A stretch of 64,000 bases of DNA. Origin: Acidobacteriota bacterium. Its GTDB lineage: Bacteria > Acidobacteriota > UBA6911. Made by a program: the position numbers and the translations under genes. Of this stretch, positions 54,309 to 63,749 are shown one piece after another. Below the pieces are notes generated by a model that was not told where the DNA came from, made no database searches, and was given only the letters and a program-made list of their open reading frames with translations. The DNA is taken from positions 3,456,001 through 3,520,000 of the forward strand of contig OY761556.1 in NCBI GenBank assembly GCA_963664705.1, read 5' to 3'. Each line of letters opens with the position of its first letter. The first letter of the stretch is position 1.

Positions 54309-54836
54309 ATGACAATAAACAAGCGGAACCTGATTCTATGCGGCTTTATGGCCACGGGCAAATCGTCGGTCGGGAAAAAACTGGCTTCGCTTGTCGGATA
54401 TGACTTCCTCGATATGGATGCATCGATTGAGGCGGAAGAGGGGATCTCCATTCCACGGATATTCGCGGAACGGGGCGAAGCGGCGTTCCGAGCGCTGGAA
54501 TGCGCCCTGGTGGAACGCCTCGCGAGTCGATGCGGCCTTGTGATCGCAACCGGCGGCGGGACCATCGTAAACCCGCTGAATCTGGAAAAGCTGAAAGGCT
54601 GCGGGATTCTTATTAATCTCACCGCCGACATTGACACCATCATTGCGCGCGCCGGATCCGGAGAAGACAGGCCAATGCTGCAGCAGGGCGATCGGCGGGA
54701 GAGGATTGAAAAGCTATTGGAACAGCGTGCATCGTCCTATGCTCAGGCCGATCTTGCCGTCGACACATCGTCGCTTTCTATTGAAGATGTCGCAAAGCTG
54801 ATCCTGGATTGTTTACGGGAAAGCGGCCGCCTGTAG
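54309..54836 (+). CDS. aroK: Shikimate kinase
   Basis: GFMATGKS, IF...GE..FR..E, ATGGG, RPML; start taken at MTINKR. Confidence 0.93.
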   Translation: MTINKRNLILCGFMATGKSSVGKKLASLVGYDFLDMDASIEAEEGISIPRIFAERGEAAFRALECALVERLASRCGLVIATGGGTIVNPLNLEKLKGCGILINLTADIDTIIARAGSGEDRPMLQQGDRRERIEKLLEQRASSYAQADLAVDTSSLSIEDVAKLILDCLRESGRL

Positions 54837-54849
54837 CCTTCCCTCAACC

Positions 54850-54873
54850 ATACATATATACATATACACCAAT
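54850..54873 (+). repeat. ATACNTAT tandem array, site B
   Basis: ATACATAT ATACATAT ACACCAAT between convergent aroK and aroQ. Confidence 0.75.
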
Positions 54874-54938
54874 TATCCACACCAAAACACGAAACCTCCC
54901 GGATTCCGGTAACCCTTCAGGCTTCAAAAGGTACCGTT

Positions 54939-55397
54939 CTATGCCTTCCGGTCGGCACTCCTGTCCTGCAGCATCCCTATCAAAGCAAGAATACCGCTGG
55001 TATAGCTGCGAATCCCAAGACCCGCGATGCACCCCGCAACCACCGGAGAAATGACGGAGTGATTTCGGAATCCCTCGCGCGAGTAAATGTTGGACAGATG
55101 CACTTCTATGGCGGGAAGGTGGACCGCCGACAAGGCATCGCGAATCGCATAGGAGTAGTGCGAGTAGGCTCCAGGGTTGATGACGATTCCATCTGCCCAT
55201 TTGTAGGCACCCTGAATCGCATCAATCAGCGCTCCTTCGCTGTTGGATTGAAAGGTGCGAACCTCCGCCCCATACTCCGCTGCCAGCTTTTTCATCCGCG
55301 CATCGATTTCGTCCAGAGTCAATGTTCCATACACCTCCGGTTCCCGCGTTCCCAGCATGTTCAGGTTGGGTCCATGGATGAGTAGAATTTTGAACAC
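54939..55397 (-). CDS. aroQ: Type II 3-dehydroquinate dehydratase
   Basis: [41 protein letters not shown]. Confidence 0.97.
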   Translation of the reverse strand: MFKILLIHGPNLNMLGTREPEVYGTLTLDEIDARMKKLAAEYGAEVRTFQSNSEGALIDAIQGAYKWADGIVINPGAYSHYSYAIRDALSAVHLPAIEVHLSNIYSREGFRNHSVISPVVAGCIAGLGIRSYTSGILALIGMLQDRSADRKA

Positions 55398-55421
55398 GGC
55401 CGTTCCTCCTTCGGAAAATTG

Positions 55422-56417
55422 CTATGCAATCTCAATGTGAATCTTGCCCGCTCCGCCAGTGCCGGCAAACTTCAAGGCTTCTCCCAGTTTTCCCAAAGGA
55501 AATGTGTGGGTGACAACGCTTGCCGGATGCAGCGCTCCCTTGGCTACCATGCCAATGACATATTCAAAGTCGGACGGATGATCATAAATCATCGAGGTGC
55601 GAATATTGATTCCTTCGCGTACCAGTTTCATCGGGTAGAAACTGGCGGCCGTCGATGAAAGCCCCAGGAGAATCACCTGGGCCCCGCGCGGCACTGCACT
55701 CAGAGCCAGTTCCACGGTGGGCGTTACGCCGGCACACTCAAAAACCGAACTGACGTTTTCCGCCAGCCACAAGCGACCGATATCCTCCGATTCAGAAGGA
55801 ATAATGGCACCGAGCTTTTCCGCCATCTTCTGCTTCTCGGGAAGCCGGTCGTGCGCGATCACGCGCACTCCCGCGGCCGCCGCGGCATGTACCAGCAGCA
55901 AACCTACAACGCCGCATCCAAGGACTGCAACCGTATCCCCGGCCTTGGCCCCGGATACCAACAGCCCGTGCATGGAAACCGTTAACGGCTCGATGGTAGC
56001 GGCATCGAAATCGGAAATCCCATCCGGAATCGACCAGACAAATTCAGCCGGCGCCAGCGTTCTCTGAGCAAAACAACCTGGATCATTGACACCCATGCTG
56101 ATCTTCTGCGCGCAAACGGCACCACGACCGGAACGACAGAGCGCGCATTTTCCGCACGGATAGTTGGGCTCCACAATAACGCGTTGCCCGAGACGGAATT
56201 TTGTGACCCCCTCGCCCAAGGCAACCACGCGGCCCATCAGCTCATGCCCGAGGATGAATGGATAAGGAACCGAGCGGTGGCCCGCAAAAATCGAAATGTC
56301 GGTTCCGCAGATTCCGGCAATGGCGGGCTGAATTAAAACCTCACCCGCCGCGGGTTGCAGTTCCGCCGCGGTTTCAATGACAATTTTCTCAGGAGCAAGC
56401 AGCAACGCAGCTTTCAT
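55422..56417 (-). CDS. Zn-dependent medium-chain alcohol/polyol dehydrogenase
   Basis: GICGTD, GHE..G, CGKCALC..G....C, GCGVVG; start taken at MKAALL after GGAGG. Confidence 0.9.
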   Translation of the reverse strand: MKAALLLAPEKIVIETAAELQPAAGEVLIQPAIAGICGTDISIFAGHRSVPYPFILGHELMGRVVALGEGVTKFRLGQRVIVEPNYPCGKCALCRSGRGAVCAQKISMGVNDPGCFAQRTLAPAEFVWSIPDGISDFDAATIEPLTVSMHGLLVSGAKAGDTVAVLGCGVVGLLLVHAAAAAGVRVIAHDRLPEKQKMAEKLGAIIPSESEDIGRLWLAENVSSVFECAGVTPTVELALSAVPRGAQVILLGLSSTAASFYPMKLVREGINIRTSMIYDHPSDFEYVIGMVAKGALHPASVVTHTFPLGKLGEALKFAGTGGAGKIHIEIA

Positions 56418-56609
56418 ATGAACCTCCGAATCCATCAGCGCTTCCTGAGTAGCCTAACACAGGAGTCTGCTTCCGTTGGTGAAATATCACAGCGCGGGCA
56501 CTAGTGCAAACGCATCATAAAATTATCAAGCGCAAATTGACGAACCGTGCTAGAATTCACACGGCAGCAGAAAATTCAGGACTAAATATTTGTTGGAGGA
56601 TTTCAAACA

Positions 56610-56912
56610 ATGTCCTTTAAGATCATCGAAGAATGCATCAATTGTGGTGCTTGCCAGCCCGAATGCCCTAATGCGGCGATTTACGCCGGCGGCGAAGATT
56701 ATGAACTCAACGGTAAGACACTGCCCGCTCTTTCGCAGGATTTTCATTATATAGTGCCCGAGAAATGCACCGAATGCATCGGATTCCACGACGATCCGAT
56801 GTGCGCGTCCGTGTGCCCGACAGACTCTTGCCAGAAGGATCCGGAAAAGGCCGAGACGAAGGAAGCTCTTTTGGCAAAGGCAAAGGCGCTGCATCCCGAT
56901 AAAAGTTTTTAG
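56610..56912 (+). CDS. 2x[4Fe-4S] ferredoxin, YfhL type
   Basis: CINCGACQPECP and CTECIG......CASVCP; GGAGG RBS. Confidence 0.94.
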   Translation: MSFKIIEECINCGACQPECPNAAIYAGGEDYELNGKTLPALSQDFHYIVPEKCTECIGFHDDPMCASVCPTDSCQKDPEKAETKEALLAKAKALHPDKSF

Positions 56913-56930
56913 TAAATCTATGAATCCGTC

Positions 56931-56974
56931 AGGAGCTCGCAGATAAAACGCACGCCTGCTGTCTGCGAGCTTCT
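56931..56974 (+). terminator. Intrinsic terminator after the ferredoxin gene
   Basis: 14-bp stem aggagctcgcagat / gtctgcgagcttct with a T-rich tail. Confidence 0.65.
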
Positions 56975-57149
56975 TCGATTCTTGCGGTCATCCCGGCTGA
57001 GGTGTATTGGTATGCCCGGCCGGACACTGCAGCCTGCCGCTATCGCATTTCCCCCAAAACATCATTCTCCCACGCACTTTTGCTCCATAGTATATCCACA
57101 CTAACTGCTTCCTCGCCTCCTGACTCACAATGACAGTGCCTAATACTCC

Positions 57150-57173
57150 ATACCTATATACGTATATACATAA
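57150..57173 (+). repeat. ATACNTAT tandem array, site C
   Basis: ATACCTAT ATACGTAT ATACATAA, overlapping a TAAAAT hexamer at 57171. Confidence 0.8.
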
Positions 57174-57337
57174 AATCTTGAGGAGCCGAACTGCCGCCGT
57201 CATTGTTTCCAAAAACAAGGGCAATGCGACGCGAGATGGCCTAAAATAGAAGTAACTGGAGGCAAAGTCTCCCCCTCTACTTCGAGTCCTTCTGAATTTC
57301 ATCTCGGCTTGCATATAGGTGCAAAACGGAGGGAATC

Positions 57338-58072
57338 ATGGATCACTCACAAACAGATGTTACGGCACGCATTTCGGAACGCCAGATGCGTTTGTGGAAT
57401 GCGCTTCATCGCGGGAAACGGGAATCCGAATCGGGAACTCCCGGAAAATCTTCGTACAGGTTCCTGACACTTTCACGAGATGAAGGAAGTCTGGGGAATG
57501 AAATAGCGACCAAACTCGCCGCGCGCCTGAAATGGCACGTGTTTGATCGGGAGATTTTAAATTATATCGCCCAGAACAATCATGTTCGGGAGGACATGGT
57601 CGGTCAACTGGATGAGAAATCGCAAGGGCTCATGCATGAGGCTATCCTGCGTCTTCTACGAATGCCCGAAAGCGCTCCCTTCGGTCTGGAGGAGTATCAC
57701 GAGTCACTGCTCAAAACACTGGCAATGATCGCATCCCGCGGTGAAGCCGTGATGATCGGGCGCGGCGCCAATTTCGCGCTGCGCGACACGAACCAGGGAC
57801 TGCACGTACGCATCACCGGATCGTTTGAGATTCGATTGCACCGGGAATGCGAACGACTCCAATGGCCGATGGATAAAGTTCGAGCGGATCTGGCGGCCCG
57901 GGATGCAGACCGTCGCCAGTTTATCCGCTACCATTTCAAAAAGGATTTCGATGACCCGAGGTATTACGACATCAGCTTTAACACAGATACATTATCCGTG
58001 GAACAGATCGTGGAAGCGATCGATTCCATGATGCATCAAACCAATCCACTAGAGGAAAAGCAGGCTTCGTAG
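57338..58072 (+). CDS. Cytidylate kinase-like family protein
   Basis: LTLSRDEGSLGNEIA, FDREIL, VMIGRGANF, D..R..FI..HF, YD..FNT. Confidence 0.85.
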   Translation: MDHSQTDVTARISERQMRLWNALHRGKRESESGTPGKSSYRFLTLSRDEGSLGNEIATKLAARLKWHVFDREILNYIAQNNHVREDMVGQLDEKSQGLMHEAILRLLRMPESAPFGLEEYHESLLKTLAMIASRGEAVMIGRGANFALRDTNQGLHVRITGSFEIRLHRECERLQWPMDKVRADLAARDADRRQFIRYHFKKDFDDPRYYDISFNTDTLSVEQIVEAIDSMMHQTNPLEEKQAS

Positions 58073-58231
58073 GGAGGCACATGGGGAGAATTTTCACTCG
58101 ATGAATTAAATACATTATTCCGGATCCCTGCCGATACGTAGAAATACGTAGCATCGATTGGCTACTGATACCTACACCAAGTTGAGCAGTTTGGCGAATT
58201 GATCCTGAAAGTGTTTGGCGCTTGAATGAAA

Positions 58232-58251
58232 TTGACGTCAGGGCACGTCAA
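58232..58251. promoter_or_regulatory. Palindromic operator-like site TTGACGT-N6-ACGTCAA
   Basis: Perfect 7-bp inverted repeat 90 nt upstream of the zf-HC2 gene. Confidence 0.45.
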
Positions 58252-58341
58252 GCATCTCGCCCTCGCGACAAGGCCATTCAGGAATTCAAACAGGTTGCAT
58301 TTGCCGGAAACTTGCAGCGAAAGACAGAACGGAGAGGGACC

Positions 58342-58533
58342 ATGAGTACATGCAGCTTCAAACGGCTAGTTCAATTGTTGGACAAACAGCTGAATCTCGA
58401 TGAAAAACTCGAAGTGTTGGAGCATCTCGATAAGTGCTCCATCTGCAGAGATGCCATTTACCAGATATCCCGGGACCGCGATGAAGCCTACTTCGTGCAC
58501 CGGCCCTACAAAGTGGAAAAGATCGTCGCCTAG
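58342..58533 (+). CDS. Small zf-HC2 (ZAS anti-sigma-like) zinc-finger protein, 63 aa
   Basis: C...(L.D.QL...E...V)LEHLDKCSIC HxxxCxxC motif; GGAGAGG RBS before ATG 58342. Confidence 0.8.
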   Translation: MSTCSFKRLVQLLDKQLNLDEKLEVLEHLDKCSICRDAIYQISRDRDEAYFVHRPYKVEKIVA

Positions 58534-58714
58534 ATCCGACGACCCGGTTTTGCCGTTACCGCTATTTTATCGACCACCGCATCCTCTTGCGCGAAGCGCG
58601 GAATAACATTTTTATCCGCGTCCCCTTGCGGCCCGCGGTCTTGACCCAACCACACCGCACGCCATATTACCTCCAAGACTTATTCGTGATAGCCGATTCT
58701 CCACACGGGACTGG

Positions 58715-58723
58715 TGCTATAAT
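58715..58723 (+). promoter_or_regulatory. Extended -10 element (TGcTATAAT) for the DUF2339 gene
   Basis: Perfect TGnTATAAT 38 nt upstream of the ATG; AGGAG RBS at 58751. Confidence 0.6.
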
Positions 58724-58761
58724 CCCCGCATACCAGACAGTATTTCAAACAGGAGCAGGCT

Positions 58762-61700
58762 ATGTTCGTACTCTTGATAGTACTGGCAGTCTTCCTGGCT
58801 GTCCTCTGGTCCAAAGTAAGCCAAAATTCCGCACAGATGCGATTCCTCGAAGAACAGCTCGCGCTTCTGCAAAACCGGATCGAGGGGTTGTCCCGCACTG
58901 TGAGGGAGCTTAGCTCCGGACCCAGGCCTGAATCAGCGCCGGAAAATATCGAAAAACGCCAAGAGCCGGCTCCACCGCCTGCAAAAACAGCTGCCCCGGA
59001 AGCAGCACCGAAAGTCGAACCGCAGATTCTGAAGCCGGCGGCCGCGAAGCCTCCGTCGCCTCCATCCCCCCCGCCCGTGCCCGTGGCACAACCCATCTCA
59101 GCGGCCGTGACTGGACCGCATGCCCCTGAGGTCCAGAAACAACCTCCGGGAGCAGCCATCCCGCTCCGACCTGCGCTCAGGAAACTGCCCAAATTCGATT
59201 GGGAAAGCCTGGTGGGGGTAAAGCTCTTTTCCTGGATTGCCGGCGTCGCTTTGCTGCTGGCGGTTGTATTTTTCCTGCGCTATTCGATCAATCAGGGCTG
59301 GTTGATGCCCAAGGTTCGCATGACCATCGGGATCATCATCGGCATCGGGCTTCTGGCGCTTTGTGAACTCAAAGCTGCACGCCGCTATCCGGTAACCGCC
59401 AACGCCATGGATGCATCCGCGATAGCAATTTTGTTTTCCACATTCTATGCGGCGCGCGCTCTCTGGGACCTGGTTGGCGCCATCCCCGCCTTTATCCTGA
59501 TGGTCCTCGTTACGGCCATCGCGGTATGGCTCTCCATACGGCGCGATTCCGCCTTCATCGCCCTGCTTGGTCTCCTCGGCGGGTTTGCTACCCCTGCCCT
59601 TCTTTCTACGGGAGAAAACAAGCCCATCTCGCTTTTTGCCTATCTCCTTTTATTAAACGCGGGACTGGCATGGGTGGCCACGAAAAAGAAGTGGCCTCTC
59701 TTGATGACTCTCAGCCTGATTTTTACCGTCTTCTATCAGTGGGGTTGGGTGATCCGATTTCTTACCGATGCCCAACTCCCGGTTGCCTTGGGTATTTTCC
59801 TGGTCTTTCCAATACTGGCCTTCGTCGTTGCCGCTTTCGGTCGTGGCCAGGGTAACAAGGGATGGATCTCGCTGTATGGCCAGACTGCCAATATCACGGC
59901 CTTGCTGCCGCTCTTGTTCAATCTGTATCTGGCAGCAGTCCCGGCCTATGGACACCGCTATATTCTTCTCTTCAGCTTTCTCCTTCTTCTCGATGCGGGC
60001 CTTTTCATCATTGCAGCGATACGCGGCCCCGAGATACTGCACCTCGTTGGAGGTTTGTCGACGCTGCTGATTCCGGCAATCTGGCTGTGGCGCTCCTATG
60101 AAAGCAGCGCATGGCCATCCCTGCTTGTTTTCCTGGTTCTTCTCACATTCCTTTATCTCTTCGCCCCGCTTGCGGCTCAGCGGCTCCGCCATGGATTCCA
60201 TGATGCAGGCCGCTGGGCCGTGTTTACGGCGCCTGTTATTCTTTTTGCATTTCCGGCACTCGTGATCATGGAGCCGGCATGCGCAAATCCCTCGATCCTT
60301 TTCGGGGTTCTGCTGATTCTTCTACTCGCCGTTTCCGGATATGCAATCCTCGCGGAAACAGGGCCCGCCTATTTCATTGCCGCGGTCTTTGCGCTATTGA
60401 CCGAAGCCTTGTGGGCCGGCATGTATCTGACTCCCGACCGCCTGATTCCAGGGCTTGCCATCTTTTCCATTTTCGGTTTGGTGTATATTGCCGTGCCCGC
60501 GCTCGCGCGTAGATGGGAGAAGAAGCTTCAGCCCGAAGTGGCCGGGCCGCTGCTTCTGTTGCTCAGCATAGCCCTTCTTTTTTTCCTGTCGATGGGAACA
60601 ATGGCCTCCGCCGCAATCTGGGGACTGGCAGTGCTCCTGCTCCTGTTGAACATTGGACTGCTATGGCATGGGGAGCCCCTCGTGGCTCTTGTCGGAATGA
60701 TCCTTTCCTGGTTTATCCTTGCTTCACTATGGCGCAGCCTGTCACTGGACAGCGATTTAATTCCGGCACTGATCGTGATGGGAAGCTTTGCCCTGTTCGT
60801 CCTGGCAGGAAACATATGGCTGCAGAAGAAATCGCCGGGGGGAACTCCGGAAAGCGGCGTTTTCCTCGGATTGACCGGGCACCTGTTCCTGGCGTTCCTG
60901 GCCACGCAGGCATCTCTGGCCATCCCGCCATGGCCGCTGTTCAGCGTCCTTCTGATTCTCGATCTGGCAATTGGTATGTCCGCCCTGTACCTCAGGCGCG
61001 ATGAGCTTCACAGGGCAGCCATGGTGGCGTCCGCATTTGTTTTGATGATCTGGGTCGTCACTGCAAAGGTCTATCCCTGGCCGGGTATTGCGATCCTGTG
61101 TGCGGCCGGGCTTTCTCTTTTCAGTTTTATCTGGATCTACCTGGCCAGGCGGACCAGCACCGATTCCGATCCATACTCGGTCACCACTGCCATTGCCTTG
61201 TTTATGGCGCAAGTTGCGACGATTGTCGCAGCCATGCAACCCGGAGTTCCCAGCGTCGGGTACCTGCTCCTGGCTCACATGGTGTTTCTGATTGCTCTGA
61301 TGGCTCTCGCGTGGCCACGCCGTCATCAATATGTGTTGATTGCGGTCTTCCCAACAGCCATCGCGGTTACATTCTGGATTCTCGGGCATGCCGGACCTGA
61401 GTTCTGGCTGCAACAACTGCTCTTTGCTGCACCGGTATACCTTCTGTTCATCGCCTACCCTCTCCTTTTGGGCCGTCGCGCCGAAAGATCGGTGCAACCC
61501 TATCTGGCCGCCGTTCTGGCTAGCATTCCATTCTTCTTCCAGGCCAGGCATGCCATGCTGCAGGCAGGCTGGGAAGGCTTCATCGGCATTCTACCGGTCC
61601 TGCAGGCACTCCTGATGGGCAGCCTTGTGCTCCGGTTGCTGCGCATGGAACCACGCGCTGGCCGTGCGCTCGGACGCCTTGCATTCGTATCAGGAGCAGC

Positions 61701-62433
61701 GCTTGCCTTTATTACAGTGGCGATACCTCTGCAGCTTGAAAAGGAGTGGATCACCATCGGATGGGCGTTGGAGGGCGCTGCACTGTCCTGGCTATACAGA
61801 AAAATACCGCACAAAGGACTGCTTTACACGGCGGCTGGACTATTTACGGCTGTATTTGTCCGCCTGGCTTTGAATCCTTTCGTTCTTACCTATGCGGAAC
61901 GAAGTGATATTCGAATCTGGAACTGGTACCTGTACACCTACCTCCTGTCGGCCGCAGCCATGATTGTCGGGAGTCGGCTCCTGGCAAAAACAAAGGATGG
62001 GCTTCTTTCCGACTCGATTTCCCTTTCAAAGCTGACCCCTGGTGGCGCGGTCATTTTGCTCTTTCTGCTGCTGAATATTGAAATCGCCGCTTACTATTCC
62101 ATCGGCCCTACAATCACATTTAACTTCTCCGCAACGCTCGCACAGGATCTCACCTATACCTTGGGATGGGCTTTGTTCGCCGTTGCCTTGCTGGCCGTGG
62201 GCATTATGTTCCGCAACCAGTCGGCCCGTATCGCTTCCCTGGGATTGCTCGTCGCTACCAGCGTGAAATGCTTCATCCACGACCTTGCCAGGCTTGGAGA
62301 GTTGTACCGCGTCATGTCATTTGTCGGCCTTGGCGTATGCCTTGCACTCGTTGCCCTGGCGCTGCAGAAGTTTGTTTTCGCCGCGCGGAAGAAGGAAGGA
62401 GAAGCCGCGGAGACGGGAAACCCGGAAAGATAA
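58762..62433 (+). CDS. DUF2339 polytopic membrane protein
   Basis: TM, coiled coil and Pro-rich linker; WESLVGVKLFSWIAG, LGGFATP.LLSTG, more than 25 TM segments, KCFIHDL..L..LYRV.SF.GLG. Confidence 0.88.
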   Translation: MFVLLIVLAVFLAVLWSKVSQNSAQMRFLEEQLALLQNRIEGLSRTVRELSSGPRPESAPENIEKRQEPAPPPAKTAAPEAAPKVEPQILKPAAAKPPSPPSPPPVPVAQPISAAVTGPHAPEVQKQPPGAAIPLRPALRKLPKFDWESLVGVKLFSWIAGVALLLAVVFFLRYSINQGWLMPKVRMTIGIIIGIGLLALCELKAARRYPVTANAMDASAIAILFSTFYAARALWDLVGAIPAFILMVLVTAIAVWLSIRRDSAFIALLGLLGGFATPALLSTGENKPISLFAYLLLLNAGLAWVATKKKWPLLMTLSLIFTVFYQWGWVIRFLTDAQLPVALGIFLVFPILAFVVAAFGRGQGNKGWISLYGQTANITALLPLLFNLYLAAVPAYGHRYILLFSFLLLLDAGLFIIAAIRGPEILHLVGGLSTLLIPAIWLWRSYESSAWPSLLVFLVLLTFLYLFAPLAAQRLRHGFHDAGRWAVFTAPVILFAFPALVIMEPACANPSILFGVLLILLLAVSGYAILAETGPAYFIAAVFALLTEALWAGMYLTPDRLIPGLAIFSIFGLVYIAVPALARRWEKKLQPEVAGPLLLLLSIALLFFLSMGTMASAAIWGLAVLLLLLNIGLLWHGEPLVALVGMILSWFILASLWRSLSLDSDLIPALIVMGSFALFVLAGNIWLQKKSPGGTPESGVFLGLTGHLFLAFLATQASLAIPPWPLFSVLLILDLAIGMSALYLRRDELHRAAMVASAFVLMIWVVTAKVYPWPGIAILCAAGLSLFSFIWIYLARRTSTDSDPYSVTTAIALFMAQVATIVAAMQPGVPSVGYLLLAHMVFLIALMALAWPRRHQYVLIAVFPTAIAVTFWILGHAGPEFWLQQLLFAAPVYLLFIAYPLLLGRRAERSVQPYLAAVLASIPFFFQARHAMLQAGWEGFIGILPVLQALLMGSLVLRLLRMEPRAGRALGRLAFVSGAALAFITVAIPLQLEKEWITIGWALEGAALSWLYRKIPHKGLLYTAAGLFTAVFVRLALNPFVLTYAERSDIRIWNWYLYTYLLSAAAMIVGSRLLAKTKDGLLSDSISLSKLTPGGAVILLFLLLNIEIAAYYSIGPTITFNFSATLAQDLTYTLGWALFAVALLAVGIMFRNQSARIASLGLLVATSVKCFIHDLARLGELYRVMSFVGLGVCLALVALALQKFVFAARKKEGEAAETGNPER

Positions 62434-62510
62434 CTCCACACGGGAAGGGAAATAATCCGACAGGATTCCAGCCGCTGTGCCGATTAGATGCGCAGCAGGG
62501 AGCGTATAGC

Positions 62511-63476
62511 GTGGGTACCTTTCGTTTTACAGTCGAGCATTTCTCCAGGGAACTTGCACCGGATCGTGCAAAGGCTCTGTTCAAGGCATCCGTTAATCAG
62601 ATTGAGATCGAGACGTTTACCTATTGCAACCGCACCTGCTGGTTTTGCCCGAATTCGAGAATCGATCGCCGATCCGAAAACAAATACATGGACGAAAGCC
62701 TGTATTTGCGCGTTCTTGATGAACTCGCGGCCATCGATTACGACAAAGTCATTACCTATAGCCGGTACAACGAGCCGCTGGCTGATCGAATTATTCTGAC
62801 TCGTCTTCGTCAGGCACGCCAGGCGCTGCCCAAAGCCTGTCTTTCCACCCACTCCAATGGCGATTACCTGAAGCGCGAGTACCTTGATGAACTCAGAGAT
62901 GCCGGGTTGAATCGGCTACGGGTCCAGGTCTATCTTGGCAACAAAGAAGAGCCTTTTGATGACCACAAGGTCCTGTTCCGAATGATTCAGAAACTGAAAA
63001 GCCTCGGACTGCCCTATAAGATGATCGCCGCATCCCAGGGAATCCGCTATCTGGCACAGGTCCATTATGAGGGAATGGAAGTCACGTTTGACGCCAGAAA
63101 TTTTGCGGAAATCGGCATTGACCGCGGACAAACCGTAACGCTGCCCAAAGTCTATGAGCGGAATTCACCGTGCCTGATCGTGTTTCAGCATTTGTACATC
63201 GATTATGACGGGACCGTCGTTCCCTGCTGCAATATTCGGTCGGATATACCCGAACATGCCCCCTACCTGATCGATCGCCTTGGTAAAGACCGGACAATTT
63301 ACCAGGCTTTTGCCAATAGTTCTCTGGTGGAATGGCGGCGATCGCTGGTCGGCTTCGGTCCTAAAAAGAAGCCGTGCAACACCTGCGGCTACGAATGCCT
63401 GGACGATACGCCTCAGATGCGCATGCAATTCGACGCCGTTGTTCGGCAGTTCGGCCTAAGCGAAACCCGAAACTAA
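62511..63476 (+). CDS. Radical SAM protein with SPASM/twitch C-terminal domain
   Basis: CNRTCWFC, YNEPLAD, SNGDYL; C......IDYDG.V.PCC...CNTC. GTG 62511 after GGGAG is the likely start; the longer ORF overlaps DUF2339. Confidence 0.85.
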   Translation: MGTFRFTVEHFSRELAPDRAKALFKASVNQIEIETFTYCNRTCWFCPNSRIDRRSENKYMDESLYLRVLDELAAIDYDKVITYSRYNEPLADRIILTRLRQARQALPKACLSTHSNGDYLKREYLDELRDAGLNRLRVQVYLGNKEEPFDDHKVLFRMIQKLKSLGLPYKMIAASQGIRYLAQVHYEGMEVTFDARNFAEIGIDRGQTVTLPKVYERNSPCLIVFQHLYIDYDGTVVPCCNIRSDIPEHAPYLIDRLGKDRTIYQAFANSSLVEWRRSLVGFGPKKKPCNTCGYECLDDTPQMRMQFDAVVRQFGLSETRN

Positions 63477-63521
63477 TCCATACATATCAACGAATGTCGC
63501 TGATTGAAATCCCGGCAGGAT

Positions 63522-63549
63522 GGATTCCAGATTCCCGATTCCGGATCTT
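63522..63549. repeat. Tandem heptamer repeat (NGATTCC-like, 4 copies)
   Basis: GGATTCC AGATTCC CGATTCC GGATCTT between convergent genes. Confidence 0.65.
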
Positions 63550-63550
63550 C

Positions 63551-63745
63551 TCACCGATCATGGCGGTGCGATTGAAAATCAGACACGGTTTCGTTCCTGG
63601 AGTGCTTCGACTTCTTCCCTTCCTCCGATAGAAAGTACTCGATCAGACGTCGAATCACTTCACCCATCTCGGTATTGTTGTCCACACACCAGTGTTTCAG
63701 CTGCTTATGAAGATCTTCCGGCAGATTCATACTGAATTTTTTCAT
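63551..63745 (-). CDS. ParG-like ribbon-helix-helix DNA-binding protein, 64 aa
   Basis: KKFSMNL alternating beta-strand, helix PEDLHKQLKHWC, helix MGEVIRRLIEYFL; the H..(F/L)K..C pattern matches plasmid ParG. Confidence 0.8.
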   Translation of the reverse strand: MKKFSMNLPEDLHKQLKHWCVDNNTEMGEVIRRLIEYFLSEEGKKSKHSRNETVSDFQSHRHDR

Positions 63746-63749
63746 GTGA

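Noticed and set aside
56479-56491. Rex/CRP site upstream of the ferredoxin gene (GTGAAATATCAC)
   Set aside because: The half-site spacer is 4 nt rather than 6; could be another operator but is unsupported.
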